Shown: positions 8,092-16,834 of the stretch, one piece after another
How the letters are laid out: every line of letters begins with the position of its first letter
Position numbering within the stretch: position 1 is the stretch's first letter
Source: a virus
Lineage: Duplodnaviria; Caudoviricetes
IMG/VR virus record: IMGVR_UViG_3300048861_000263
Span: 1 to 34,064 of that record
Reading direction: 5' to 3' (one strand)
DNA: 34,064 nucleotides
The notes under the pieces: generated by a model
Seen by the model: the letters and a program-made list of their open reading frames with translations, nothing else
Databases searched by the model: none
Told to the model about the DNA's origin: nothing
Made by a program: the position numbers and the translations under genes

Positions 8092-8140
8092 GTAAGAGTC
8101 TCTTGCATCAAAATTTGAGTTATGCTTCTATCCTCTGCAT
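8091..8140 (+). promoter_or_regulatory. Putative PR/OR promoter-operator
   Basis: cI-cro intergenic region; core TTTGAGTTATGCTT (8114-8127) shared with the PL region. Confidence 0.7.
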
Positions 8141-8357
8141 GAGCGAATTTTTGCCTGCGATAGAAGCGCTGAATAGAGCGAGGGCCGCCGTTAAGGGCGG
8201 CTCAAGTGCAATTGCGCGCGAGTTGGGACTAACACCGCAGGCCGTTCTGCAATGGAAAATTGTCCCTCCCGATCGGGTACTCGGCGTGGAGAGGCAAACC
8301 GGCGTTTCCAGATATGAGTTGAGGCCGGACATATTCGGGGATCGCCCCGATGAATAG
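8139..8357 (+). CDS. cro: Cro/YdaS-like regulator
   Basis: GGSSAIARELGLTPQAVLQW..VPPDRV..SRYELRPDIF; divergent from cI. Confidence 0.88.
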   Translation: MSEFLPAIEALNRARAAVKGGSSAIARELGLTPQAVLQWKIVPPDRVLGVERQTGVSRYELRPDIFGDRPDE

Positions 8358-8555
8358 CCAGCATATGGCACTGATCTGTTCCCCTGAGCCGGGATGGCCG
8401 ACCTCACTTCGATCCCGGCGCCTCTTTTGTCTTGTGTCTCCAGTCATGCGGGCCCCCATGGCTTCATTGATGGGCTGACACGTACGGCGTTGGGTCGCGC
8501 CGTTCACTGAATCCTTTTCCATCTCTCTTGCCTTGATTCTTCGAGGGGGTTTTGC

Positions 8556-9026
8556 ATGCGCGCGCATCTGAGCGAAAACGACAATCTGCTGAAGGGAATG
8601 ACCGACGCCAGCTTCAAGCTCGGCGGCGGCCTGACCTCCTTCGCCCTCCTTGCTCGAGTCGGGGTTTCGACCCTGTCGAAATACGCATCGCCGAACGAGG
8701 AAAACGCAGACAACTTCATTCCGATCGACATCGCAGTCGCGGTCGATAAGCGCGCGGAAAGTCCGGTCATCGTCGGCGAGATGGCGCGCCAACTCGGCTA
8801 CACGCTAACGCCGATCGCCGGCACGATTGGGCGCCGCAGGATCGACCACGAGTTCGCAACGGACATGATGGCCGAATCAACCGAGGCGTGGCGCGTCATC
8901 GTCGATGCGCTGCGCGACGGCAAGATCGACGGGCTGGAGCGCAAGCAGATCCTCAAGGAGATGTACGAGGCAAAGCGGTTGATCGAGCAGGGCATTGCCG
9001 GGATGGAAGCGGGAGACGCGGCATGA
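8556..9026 (+). CDS. CII-like phage regulatory protein
   Basis: Position after cro; STLSKYASP..FIPID..MARQLGY..ALRDGKID motifs. Confidence 0.7.
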   Translation: MRAHLSENDNLLKGMTDASFKLGGGLTSFALLARVGVSTLSKYASPNEENADNFIPIDIAVAVDKRAESPVIVGEMARQLGYTLTPIAGTIGRRRIDHEFATDMMAESTEAWRVIVDALRDGKIDGLERKQILKEMYEAKRLIEQGIAGMEAGDAA

Positions 9027-9292
9027 AAAAACGCCTCATCCCCTATGCCGGCAAGGACGCGCCTCAGCCGACCGTGGCTGACGGCGCCGCTCTTGGGCCG
9101 CGTGGCATCGCCTTTCTTCGCCGTGTTCGCGCGAGCGGAGGCGGATATGTGCTTTTCAACAATGCCGATCGGGAAGCAGCTGGCCGCGCCCGCATGTTCG
9201 GATACGTCAGCGAAGACCGGCTCCGTGACGATACCGTCCACCTGTCGGACAAGGGCGCCGCCTTCCTCGACGATCTGATGAGGGCGCATTGA
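9023..9292 (+). CDS. Phage hypothetical protein
   Basis: ATGA-coupled ORF starting MKKRLIPYAG. Confidence 0.65.
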   Translation: MKKRLIPYAGKDAPQPTVADGAALGPRGIAFLRRVRASGGGYVLFNNADREAAGRARMFGYVSEDRLRDDTVHLSDKGAAFLDDLMRAH

Positions 9293-10917
9293 TGAGCGAT
9301 CACCCGAAGCCGGGCGAGCGCGCCGCCAACATCATCCGGACCGCCCTGCAGGATGGCGTCTTCGTCGAAAGCGCCATTGGCGATCGGCGGTCCTGCGCGC
9401 GCTTGAACGCGAAGGGTCTGCTGAGCCGCGACAGGCAATCGGCGGACAGGTGGTATCCGACCGACAAGGCGCGCAAGACGCATCCGGAGCTTGTCGGCCC
9501 GACAGAGCCTGAGATCGTCGCGCCCCTTCCCGCCACTATATCCGCCGACGCGTCGGATCTTGCGGCAACCGTCCAGCGCGCCCGATCGCTCTTCGATCAG
9601 AAGGACTATGAGGCGGCACTCTGGCTTTCCTCCGGCGCGTATGACCAGGCCAAGGCCGCCGCGAACTATGGCAAGCGGATGCAGGCCAGCGAACAACTGA
9701 TCAGCAAGGCCTACCGCCTGCAGGCTGACGCGCTGCTGATCGAGGCGCGCGCCAAGATGGCGTTGGCCGATCAATACGACGAGGCGCAAGCGGCCGGCAT
9801 GGTCGCTACGCAAGGACGCCCGAAAAAGGTTTCAGACGAAAACCTTTTTCGGCTGGAGGATGTCGGGCTCAACAAGGCGCGTGTTCACGAGGCCCGCAAG
9901 CTACGAGACGCCGAAACGAAGCGGCCGGGGCTGGTACAGCAGGCGATCGAGGCGCGGATAGAGGTGGGGCTGGAGCCATCCCGCGCCAATCTGCGCGCGG
10001 CGATCGGCACGGCTTCGGCCTCGAAGGATGATCGCGGCGCCAATTTCTACCAGACGCCACCGGAGGCGACGCGCACGCTGCTGGCCTTGGAAAGCTTTTC
10101 TTCCACCATTTGGGAGCCGGCCTGCGGGCTTAACGCGATAGGAAAGATTCTGGAGGATGTCGACTATGAGGTCATCCTCTCGGATCTTGTCGACAGGGGC
10201 TGCGCTAACATGGATGGCGAGCTGCAGGCGGTCGGCGACTTCCTGGCGAGCCGCAAGAGCGAGCCGGGCGACGGCCCCGACATCGTCACCAACCCGCCCT
10301 ATGGCGAGGTGCTGAACGATTTCGTGGCGCATGCGCTGCGAGAACACAGGCCGCGCAAGATGGCGCTGCTGCTGAACCTGAACTTCCTCTGCGGCTTTGC
10401 CGACGACGAGCGCAACTTCGTCATGGACGAAAACCCGCCTGCCCGCGTCTACGTCTTCAAGCGCCGGCTTCCGATGATGCATCGTGAGGGATGGGACGGC
10501 AAGAAGGCGTCCAGCCGCATGAACACGGCCTGGTTCGTTTGGGAGCGGCGGGAGGATGGCAGTTATGGCGACGCCACCCTGATCCGTCGCGTCGACTGGC
10601 GGGACTATAGCGACGCCGACGCCCGCCTGCCCGGAGACGGCGGCCATGTCGTCGGCGCGCACTTCGTCGAGGATTTCAGCCGCGAGACGCCGCGCAAGAC
10701 AATCGTCGAGCGGGTCGACGAGGAACGCCAGCGCGCGCTGGCATGGCTGCGATCGCAGACCGATTTCGACCGGCCGGAGCTGCGCCAGCATGTCGGCATC
10801 CGCGACCAGGTCGCCGCAGCGCTGATCGGCGAATTCGTCGAGCGCGGCCTTGTCGGCATCGCGGACGAAGACGGCCGCCACATGGTGCTGCCGGCACTGG
10901 AAAGCGAGGCGGCATAA
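9292..10917 (+). CDS. Multidomain DNA amino-methyltransferase (probably m6A)
   Basis: FYQTP, WEPACG (motif I), SDLVDRG, IVTNPPY (motif IV), TAWFVW; extra N- and C-terminal domains. Confidence 0.85.
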   Translation: MSDHPKPGERAANIIRTALQDGVFVESAIGDRRSCARLNAKGLLSRDRQSADRWYPTDKARKTHPELVGPTEPEIVAPLPATISADASDLAATVQRARSLFDQKDYEAALWLSSGAYDQAKAAANYGKRMQASEQLISKAYRLQADALLIEARAKMALADQYDEAQAAGMVATQGRPKKVSDENLFRLEDVGLNKARVHEARKLRDAETKRPGLVQQAIEARIEVGLEPSRANLRAAIGTASASKDDRGANFYQTPPEATRTLLALESFSSTIWEPACGLNAIGKILEDVDYEVILSDLVDRGCANMDGELQAVGDFLASRKSEPGDGPDIVTNPPYGEVLNDFVAHALREHRPRKMALLLNLNFLCGFADDERNFVMDENPPARVYVFKRRLPMMHREGWDGKKASSRMNTAWFVWERREDGSYGDATLIRRVDWRDYSDADARLPGDGGHVVGAHFVEDFSRETPRKTIVERVDEERQRALAWLRSQTDFDRPELRQHVGIRDQVAAALIGEFVERGLVGIADEDGRHMVLPALESEAA

Positions 10918-11186
10918 TGGGCTATCCAGTGAAATTCCACGGATCGAACATGGTCCTAAAAGCACCGGAAGGTGCGGAGAACGTTAGCGATATGCACACG
11001 TTCACAAACGGACTTTGCTCCGTTTCCTGCTGGGAATTGACGGCCGAAGAGCTTGCCGAGATTCAGAGAACAGGCCGCATCTTTCTATCGGTTTTCTCCG
11101 GTCGAACTCAGCCTCCAGTATTCGTCGGTGACGAAGAGACGATGCGGTGCCTGCTTGCGGACTACGGCGTGTGGAGGAAGCAGTGA
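10917..11186 (+). CDS. Phage hypothetical protein
   Basis: TAATG-coupled; VSCWELTAEELAEIQRTGRIFL..QPPV motif. Confidence 0.75.
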   Translation: MGYPVKFHGSNMVLKAPEGAENVSDMHTFTNGLCSVSCWELTAEELAEIQRTGRIFLSVFSGRTQPPVFVGDEETMRCLLADYGVWRKQ

Positions 11187-11473
11187 TCTCCCTTCCAGAC
11201 GATTTCGCGGATTGCATCGGCGACAGCGAGGCGGCCCGCTGGCTGCTCCGCTGCTCGCCTTCGCGCCTGTTGCGCGACGAGAGCCACATCCGCCGTTGGC
11301 TGCGCCTGAGCGGATTTCGTGCCGGCATCGACTATCTCGACGCCGAACTTCTCTTCCTTCGAAGCGCGCGGGCCGATGACGGCGGCCCTAGCGAACTCAT
11401 CACCATTACGGTCGCGAGGGGCCGGATGGATCGCATCGCATGCGGCCTGCCGCCGCGGAACTTGGGGGCATGA
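11183..11473 (+). CDS. Phage hypothetical protein
   Basis: GTGA-coupled ORF. Confidence 0.6.
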   Translation: MISLPDDFADCIGDSEAARWLLRCSPSRLLRDESHIRRWLRLSGFRAGIDYLDAELLFLRSARADDGGPSELITITVARGRMDRIACGLPPRNLGA

Positions 11474-13708
11474 ATGTATCTGGGGCAGCTTTTCGGAGAC
11501 GCCAGCACGGCTGATCTCCTTTCCTATCACCGTGGGCACCTTCCACCCATGATCGTCGACAGCTTTGCGGGTGGTGGCGGCGCGTCCACAGGCATCGAAA
11601 TGGCATTGGGTCGCTCGCCTGACATAGCCATCAACCACAATCCAGATGCCTTAGCCCTGCACGCGGCCAATCATCCTGGTACGCTGCATATCAGCGAGAA
11701 CGTCTACAAGGTCGATCCGCTGGACTATCTCAAGGGCCGCCATATCGGCCTTGCCTGGTTCTCCCCCGATTGCAAGCACTTCAGCAAGGCCAAGGGCGGA
11801 AAGCCTGTTGAACGCAATATCCGCGACCTCGCGTGGATCATCCCTGGCTGGGTCGAACGTATCCAGCAGAGCGGCGGCAAGGTCGACGTCATCATTATGG
11901 AGAACGTCGAAGAATTCAAAGACTACGGACCTTTAGTCGCTACCGAACGCGGTCTGATGCCCGACCAAAACCGCAAGGGCGAAACATTCCAGAAATGGTG
12001 CAAGGCGTTGCGAAAGCTCGGGGGAAAGATCAAGCACAAGGAGTTGCGTGCCTGCGATTATGGTGCGCCAACGATTCGCAAGCGCCTGTTCGTCATTATT
12101 CGCTTCGACGGCCTGCCGATCGTCTGGCCAGAACCCACTCATGGAAAACCCGATGATCCTGACGTGATTGCCGGTCGCAAGCTGCCTTGGCGCACCGCGG
12201 CTGAAATCATCGATTGGTCTCTTCCGTGCCCGTCGATTTTCGATACTACGGCAGAGGTGATGGAAAAGCACGGCCTTCGGGCTGTTCGTCCGCTCGCCGA
12301 CAATACGATGGCGCGCGTGGCGCGTGGAATGAAGCGCTATGTGCTGGACGCTGAGCGGCCATTTATCGTCAATCTGACGCATGGGGCTCGCTGCGAAGAT
12401 GCAGCGGAACCTTTCAATACTATAACCGGTGCGAACCGTGGTGAGAAAGCTGTTGTTTCTCCGTCCGTCATCAGATTCAATACTGGTGCGACCGGTCAGG
12501 ATTTGCGCGAACCGTTGTCTACTGTCACGGCCAACAGCTTCATCAAGCGGCCGGGCGGTGCTGCGCCACTCGGCATCGTTGCGCCGCATCTGATGACGAT
12601 GAGAAATTCAGGCAAGCCGTTCAACGACGCCGACAAGCCGACGCATACCATCACAGCCGGCGGAGCAGGACTATCTCTTGTGTCTGCCGAGATCGCAGCT
12701 GGCATCCCTCATCATCCTCTCTGCTCAGTACATCGCGGCGGCGATTGCGACTATGATTGCGCCCGAGACTACTCTCCTCCCGAAGAGAGTATCGCGTGCC
12801 CGGTCCTGACGTATGCTCAGCAAGGCGGCGGAAATCGACCGGTCGACGAGCCACACCATACGATCTGCGCGAGCAGCAAGGACCAGAATTCCGTCATCGT
12901 CCCGACGCTGATCGGCTGCGGTGGGCGCGCCGGACAGAGCAGACCGCGCGGCGGCGACGAGCCTTTGGCAACGACCACTGCGAAAGCCGATGTCTGCACC
13001 GCCTTCGCCTTTGTTGCGCAGCACAATAACGACAGCAGGCGTATCGGCGGCGTCAATCCGGGCCGCGAGGCAGATGAGCCGCTATCGACCGTAACTGCGA
13101 CAGGGGCACAGCAAGGCGTGGTATCGGCGTTTGTATCGCGTCAGTTCGGAACTTCGACTGGCCACGCCGTGGATGAGCCGTCCGCGACGATTACCGCTGA
13201 TGGCGGCGGAAAGTCTATGCTGGTCGCACCATATCTCCAGGCATATTACGGCACCGGAGACGGTAGAGAAGAAGACCAGCCTTGCCGCACGATCACGACA
13301 AAGGACCGGCATGGTCACGTCGAGAATCTGCTTTCCGCGCCGCCATTTACACCAGATCAGGAAGAGCGCGCCCGCAAGGTCGCTGACTTTCTTCGCGCCC
13401 ATGGGTTCTGGGATGAGAGGGAATTCGTCACGCTGGTGATCGGCGGCGCGCTCTTCATCGTCGTCGATATCGGCATGCGCATGCTGATGCCTCGCGAGCT
13501 CTACAGCGCGCAGGGCTTTCCGGCCAACTACCAGATTGACGGCGTTTGGGCGGAGCCGTCCATTGGACACAACGGCGGCCCGCGGTGGGTTCCATTCTCG
13601 AAGTCAGTGCAGGTGTCGTGCGTCGGCAATTCTGTGTCACCTCCGGTTGCGGCGGCACTAGCTGGCGCTAACTGCGGTCATCTGGCCATTCAGAGGATAG
13701 CCGCATGA
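11474..13708 (+). CDS. DNA (cytosine-5)-methyltransferase
   Basis: FAGGGG (I), SPDC (IV), ENV (VI), RKR (VIII), GNSV (X); long repetitive variable region. Confidence 0.95.
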   Translation: MYLGQLFGDASTADLLSYHRGHLPPMIVDSFAGGGGASTGIEMALGRSPDIAINHNPDALALHAANHPGTLHISENVYKVDPLDYLKGRHIGLAWFSPDCKHFSKAKGGKPVERNIRDLAWIIPGWVERIQQSGGKVDVIIMENVEEFKDYGPLVATERGLMPDQNRKGETFQKWCKALRKLGGKIKHKELRACDYGAPTIRKRLFVIIRFDGLPIVWPEPTHGKPDDPDVIAGRKLPWRTAAEIIDWSLPCPSIFDTTAEVMEKHGLRAVRPLADNTMARVARGMKRYVLDAERPFIVNLTHGARCEDAAEPFNTITGANRGEKAVVSPSVIRFNTGATGQDLREPLSTVTANSFIKRPGGAAPLGIVAPHLMTMRNSGKPFNDADKPTHTITAGGAGLSLVSAEIAAGIPHHPLCSVHRGGDCDYDCARDYSPPEESIACPVLTYAQQGGGNRPVDEPHHTICASSKDQNSVIVPTLIGCGGRAGQSRPRGGDEPLATTTAKADVCTAFAFVAQHNNDSRRIGGVNPGREADEPLSTVTATGAQQGVVSAFVSRQFGTSTGHAVDEPSATITADGGGKSMLVAPYLQAYYGTGDGREEDQPCRTITTKDRHGHVENLLSAPPFTPDQEERARKVADFLRAHGFWDEREFVTLVIGGALFIVVDIGMRMLMPRELYSAQGFPANYQIDGVWAEPSIGHNGGPRWVPFSKSVQVSCVGNSVSPPVAAALAGANCGHLAIQRIAA

Positions 13709-13944
13709 TCTGGCGGGACGACACATACCGCACGCTGCTGGTCGTGGGCAGCGTCGACGTCGGCGCGGTCTATCCACCCGTTCGCAGCAGCCGGCGTTGG
13801 CGCTGGCGGATCTGGGTCAACAGCACGGGCCACCCGATCGTCGGGAACGCGCAGTCGCACGAGCATGCGCGCCGCGAGGTCGAAAGCCGCTTCCGTGCCT
13901 TCCTCAGCGCCGCGCAGCTCGCCAAGATCGGCGGTGACGCATGA
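13705..13944 (+). CDS. Phage hypothetical protein
   Basis: 79-aa ORF, ATGA-coupled on both sides. Confidence 0.7.
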   Translation: MIWRDDTYRTLLVVGSVDVGAVYPPVRSSRRWRWRIWVNSTGHPIVGNAQSHEHARREVESRFRAFLSAAQLAKIGGDA

Positions 13945-15191
13945 TGGAGCCTGACCACAACGCAAAATCCCGCGCATGGTCGTGGCGCCATGCTGTTGGA
14001 AAATCAGGCCTGCCGCCTACGACGCGGCTTGTTCTCCACACGCTCGGCTTGAAAATGGATGCGACGGGTGGCTCCTGCTTTCCGCCCATCTCGGAGCTTG
14101 TCGAGCTGACGGGCCTCGATAAGAAAACCGTGCTGAGACACCTGGAGCTTGCCGAGGAAAAGGGCTGGATCGAGGTCTCGCAGCATGGTTTTCGCGGGCA
14201 ACGGTGGAAGCGAAACGAATACATCGCCAGATGGCCGGGCCGAGATCTTGCGGGATCTGCCGCATCCCTCGACAACGACGAAGGCGGTGGCATGATTCCA
14301 CCACCTTTCGACGACGACGATAGCAACGAAGGCGGTGGCGTGGTGCCACCACCTTCGGCGACAAAGGTGGTGGAATTGGTTCCCGAAGGTGGTGGAACTG
14401 GATCCCAAAAGGTGGTGGCACCACGCCACCAAGATAAGATTCTTCCAGCTAACTCTCCAAAGAACTCTCCAGCCGCTGGCGCGGGAGAAGGGAGTTTGAA
14501 CAAAGCTGATCGGAAAAAGATCGAGCATGCCTTCACGCTCTGGTTTGCCACTTGGGACAAGGGCGATATCGATTTCGCCAAGAACGCCTGGTTTGCCCTT
14601 TCGGACGAAGAGCGGGCCGAATGCATCGCGGCAACGCCTGAGATCGTGCGCTGGACGAAGCTGTCCGAGCGCAAGGCAGCGGCCGTATTCCTCAAGGAAC
14701 GCCAGTGGCGCGATATCCTGGCGAAGATGCCGCCAGAGAGCGAACGGACGGTGCTTCACAACGCCTACAGCAAGGCTTGGAGCGCCAGGCGCCTGTTCGA
14801 GCTGCTGGCGCCGGCTGCAGAGCCACCAGTCCCGCCAACCGGCTTCCAGCAGATGCAGCTGCGCAAGGGTGGAGCCGAGGCAGACGCGATCAAGCGCGAG
14901 CGCCGCCTAGCCTACGGATGGCCTGTTGTCACCAACATCCACCGACGCGCGGAGATGGCCGAAGGGATCACGGTCGCGCCCTGGCTCGTGAGGCTGTCGG
15001 AGGGCTTCGTCTCTGTCCCGCGCAGCAGCGCATTGGCGGCAGCATGGCGAGCGCTGCACGAGCGCCACGGCTGGCCGCAGATGCCGGAGCGTGTGGAGTG
15101 GCTCTACTTCCCGGCGGGCGAGCCGGAGGAGGCAATGCAGGAATTCAGCGAGGCGTTAGCGAGGGAACGGGGCAATGACGATGCAGCGTAA
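13941..15191 (+). CDS. Phage replication initiator (lambda O-like, N-terminal HTH)
   Basis: CFPPISELVELTGLDKKTVLRHLELAEEKGWI winged helix; internal iteron cluster. Confidence 0.82.
   Translation: MMEPDHNAKSRAWSWRHAVGKSGLPPTTRLVLHTLGLKMDATGGSCFPPISELVELTGLDKKTVLRHLELAEEKGWIEVSQHGFRGQRWKRNEYIARWPGRDLAGSAASLDNDEGGGMIPPPFDDDDSNEGGGVVPPPSATKVVELVPEGGGTGSQKVVAPRHQDKILPANSPKNSPAAGAGEGSLNKADRKKIEHAFTLWFATWDKGDIDFAKNAWFALSDEERAECIAATPEIVRWTKLSERKAAAVFLKERQWRDILAKMPPESERTVLHNAYSKAWSARRLFELLAPAAEPPVPPTGFQQMQLRKGGAEADAIKRERRLAYGWPVVTNIHRRAEMAEGITVAPWLVRLSEGFVSVPRSSALAAAWRALHERHGWPQMPERVEWLYFPAGEPEEAMQEFSEALARERGNDDAA
14281..14430. repeat. Iterons, putative prophage origin
   Basis: AAGGYGGTGG at 14281, 14329, 14364, 14386 and 14409; inverted CCACCACCTT at 14298 and 14346. 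Confidence 0.8.
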
Positions 15192-15822
15192 AATCACGAT
15201 GGATGAGCGATTGGACATGTCCAGAATCATCACGGCCGATCAGCGCCGTGAGCGAATCGCAGCCGTCAGGACGGAAAATCTTCGGGCGGCGTCGTCTGAT
15301 TTCTTCAAAAAGGGTCACGGAATGGCACACTGGTATGTTCTTCAAACGAGAACGGGAAAAGAATTTAATGTGGAAAAGGTGCTCTCCGAGGCCAACGTTC
15401 AGGCGTTCGCGCCGCGTGAAACGCACGTAAAGGTGCGCGGCGGCAAGAAGTTCGTACTCGATATGCCGACCTTCCCCGGATACGTTCTGGTCAGATGTAT
15501 GGCATCGCCACAGGCCTTTATCGGCCTAAAGCAGGTCAATGATGTGATCGATATCGTCGGTGGTGATTCCGGATACCATGTTGTGCGAGATCAGCACGTT
15601 GACAGATTCCGCCTGCAGACCCCTACCCCGCGCAAAAAGACGGATAAGACATGGCAGCAAGGCGACAAGGCAATGGTTTCGGAAGGTCCGTTCGCTGGCT
15701 TTGAGTGCCTGATCGTCGCCGTCAAGCACTGCCGAGAGCGACGCGCTCGCGTCGTCATTCGGATCGATCGCCGCGATTTTGAGATCGAGAGCATGCCTAT
15801 TGCGTTTCTCGAAAAGCTGTGA
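15178..15822 (+). CDS. NusG-family antiterminator (late regulator position)
   Basis: NGN domain WYVLQT..FPGYVLV; KOW domain GDKAMVSEGPFAGF. Confidence 0.9.
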   Translation, partial: TMQRKITMDERLDMSRIITADQRRERIAAVRTENLRAASSDFFKKGHGMAHWYVLQTRTGKEFNVEKVLSEANVQAFAPRETHVKVRGGKKFVLDMPTFPGYVLVRCMASPQAFIGLKQVNDVIDIVGGDSGYHVVRDQHVDRFRLQTPTPRKKTDKTWQQGDKAMVSEGPFAGFECLIVAVKHCRERRARVVIRIDRRDFEIESMPIAFLEKL

Positions 15823-15852
15823 GACCACTTCGTCAACGGACGAGTTCGTGTT

Positions 15853-15984
15853 GCATACCCTCCGATCCCTCAGGCCAGTCCTGAGGCAGAGCAGGCCAAG
15901 CGCCTCAGGGAACGATGCAGCGAGCCCCAACCTTGAAAGCCTCGGATGAGAGGCGTCGACTCAAGGCCAGTGCGACAGCTATGA
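15853..15984 (+). ncRNA. Candidate structured late-leader RNA
   Basis: Stems CCTGAGGC/GCCTCAGG (15880-15909) and CCTTGA/TCAAGG enclosing GCCTC/GAGGC (15931-15966). Confidence 0.45.
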
Positions 15985-15992
15985 CTTTCCAC

Positions 15993-16020
15993 AAGGCGGC
16001 CTTCGGGTCGCCTTTCGTGT
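15993..16020 (+). terminator. Intrinsic terminator ahead of the late genes
   Basis: AAGGCGGCC-TTCG-GGTCGCCTT followed by TCGTGT. Confidence 0.7.
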
Positions 16021-16115
16021 CTAGAGATATGGGCATTCGCATGCAGTCGATCCCTACACTTCTCCAAACGATCAAGAGCCGGCTCTCAGCCTGGCGATCA
16101 AAGGAAAACCAAGCC

Positions 16116-16460
16116 ATGAACGTTATCGGTCAGTCGGCAATCGCGCCGACAGCGAATGCTGCTGCCGTCACTGATGAAGCTGCGAAGACGGAAGTCGCTG
16201 CTCCCCAAGCGGAAGAGCAGCCAGCGCAGGACAACGTCGATCTGCTCACGCATATCGAGCAGATCCTTTTGATCGCAGATCGCAAGCCTATTGCCTTCGG
16301 ACCCATCAGCAGTCTTGCTCGCAAGCTGGTCCCGACTGGTGGCGTCGAAGCGATGTTCCCGAAGCTGCAGCAGCTGCTGCAATACTCGGGTACTCAGGTC
16401 ACAGACATCTGGGACGAGGTGGTCGCCGTCGCGAAGGCGATACCTCATGCCGATGGCTAG
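16116..16460 (+). CDS. Phage hypothetical protein
   Basis: AAGGA RBS before MNVIGQ; overlaps the HNH start. Confidence 0.6.
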   Translation: MNVIGQSAIAPTANAAAVTDEAAKTEVAAPQAEEQPAQDNVDLLTHIEQILLIADRKPIAFGPISSLARKLVPTGGVEAMFPKLQQLLQYSGTQVTDIWDEVVAVAKAIPHADG

Positions 16461-16830
16461 GCTCACTGCCCTTCAGCCTCGGCTTCGTGCTGTTGGGGCA
16501 CGCATCGCCGCACCGCTGGCAAGGCCTGAGGCTGAGGCGCAGCGGCACAGGGACCGCGATCGGGCACAGCCATGGCGCGCATGGTACAAGACGGCTCGCT
16601 GGCAAGCCCTTAAGATCGAGGTGCATGTTCGCGATAACTTCACCTGTCAAAAGACAGGCATCATTTTAACGGGAAAGCATCCCGCTCCTAACAGTCCAGT
16701 CGCTGACCACAAGATCCCGCATCACGGCGATGAAGCACTCTTCTGGGATAAGAACAATATCCAGACAGTCAGCAAGGCATACCACGACAGTGTCAAGCAG
16801 GCAGAAGAGCGGGCTCAAGCTCGATGGTGA
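16453..16830 (+). CDS. Packaging-associated HNH endonuclease (HK97 gp74-like position)
   Basis: WYKTARWQ..RDNFTCQ..ADHKIPHHGD..NIQTVSKAYHD; upstream of cos/terS. Confidence 0.85.
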   Translation: MARLTALQPRLRAVGARIAAPLARPEAEAQRHRDRDRAQPWRAWYKTARWQALKIEVHVRDNFTCQKTGIILTGKHPAPNSPVADHKIPHHGDEALFWDKNNIQTVSKAYHDSVKQAEERAQARW

Positions 16831-16834
16831 CGGA

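Noticed and set aside
14281-14430. CRISPR-like or VNTR reading of the short repeats (also 29583-29685)
   Set aside because: Repeats are 10-19 bp with irregular short spacing inside rep genes and no cas genes; iterons fit better
15878-15960. Possible hammerhead ribozyme (CTGAGG..GAAA..GTC)
   Set aside because: Core reads CUGAGGC rather than CUGANGA, and stem III register does not fit
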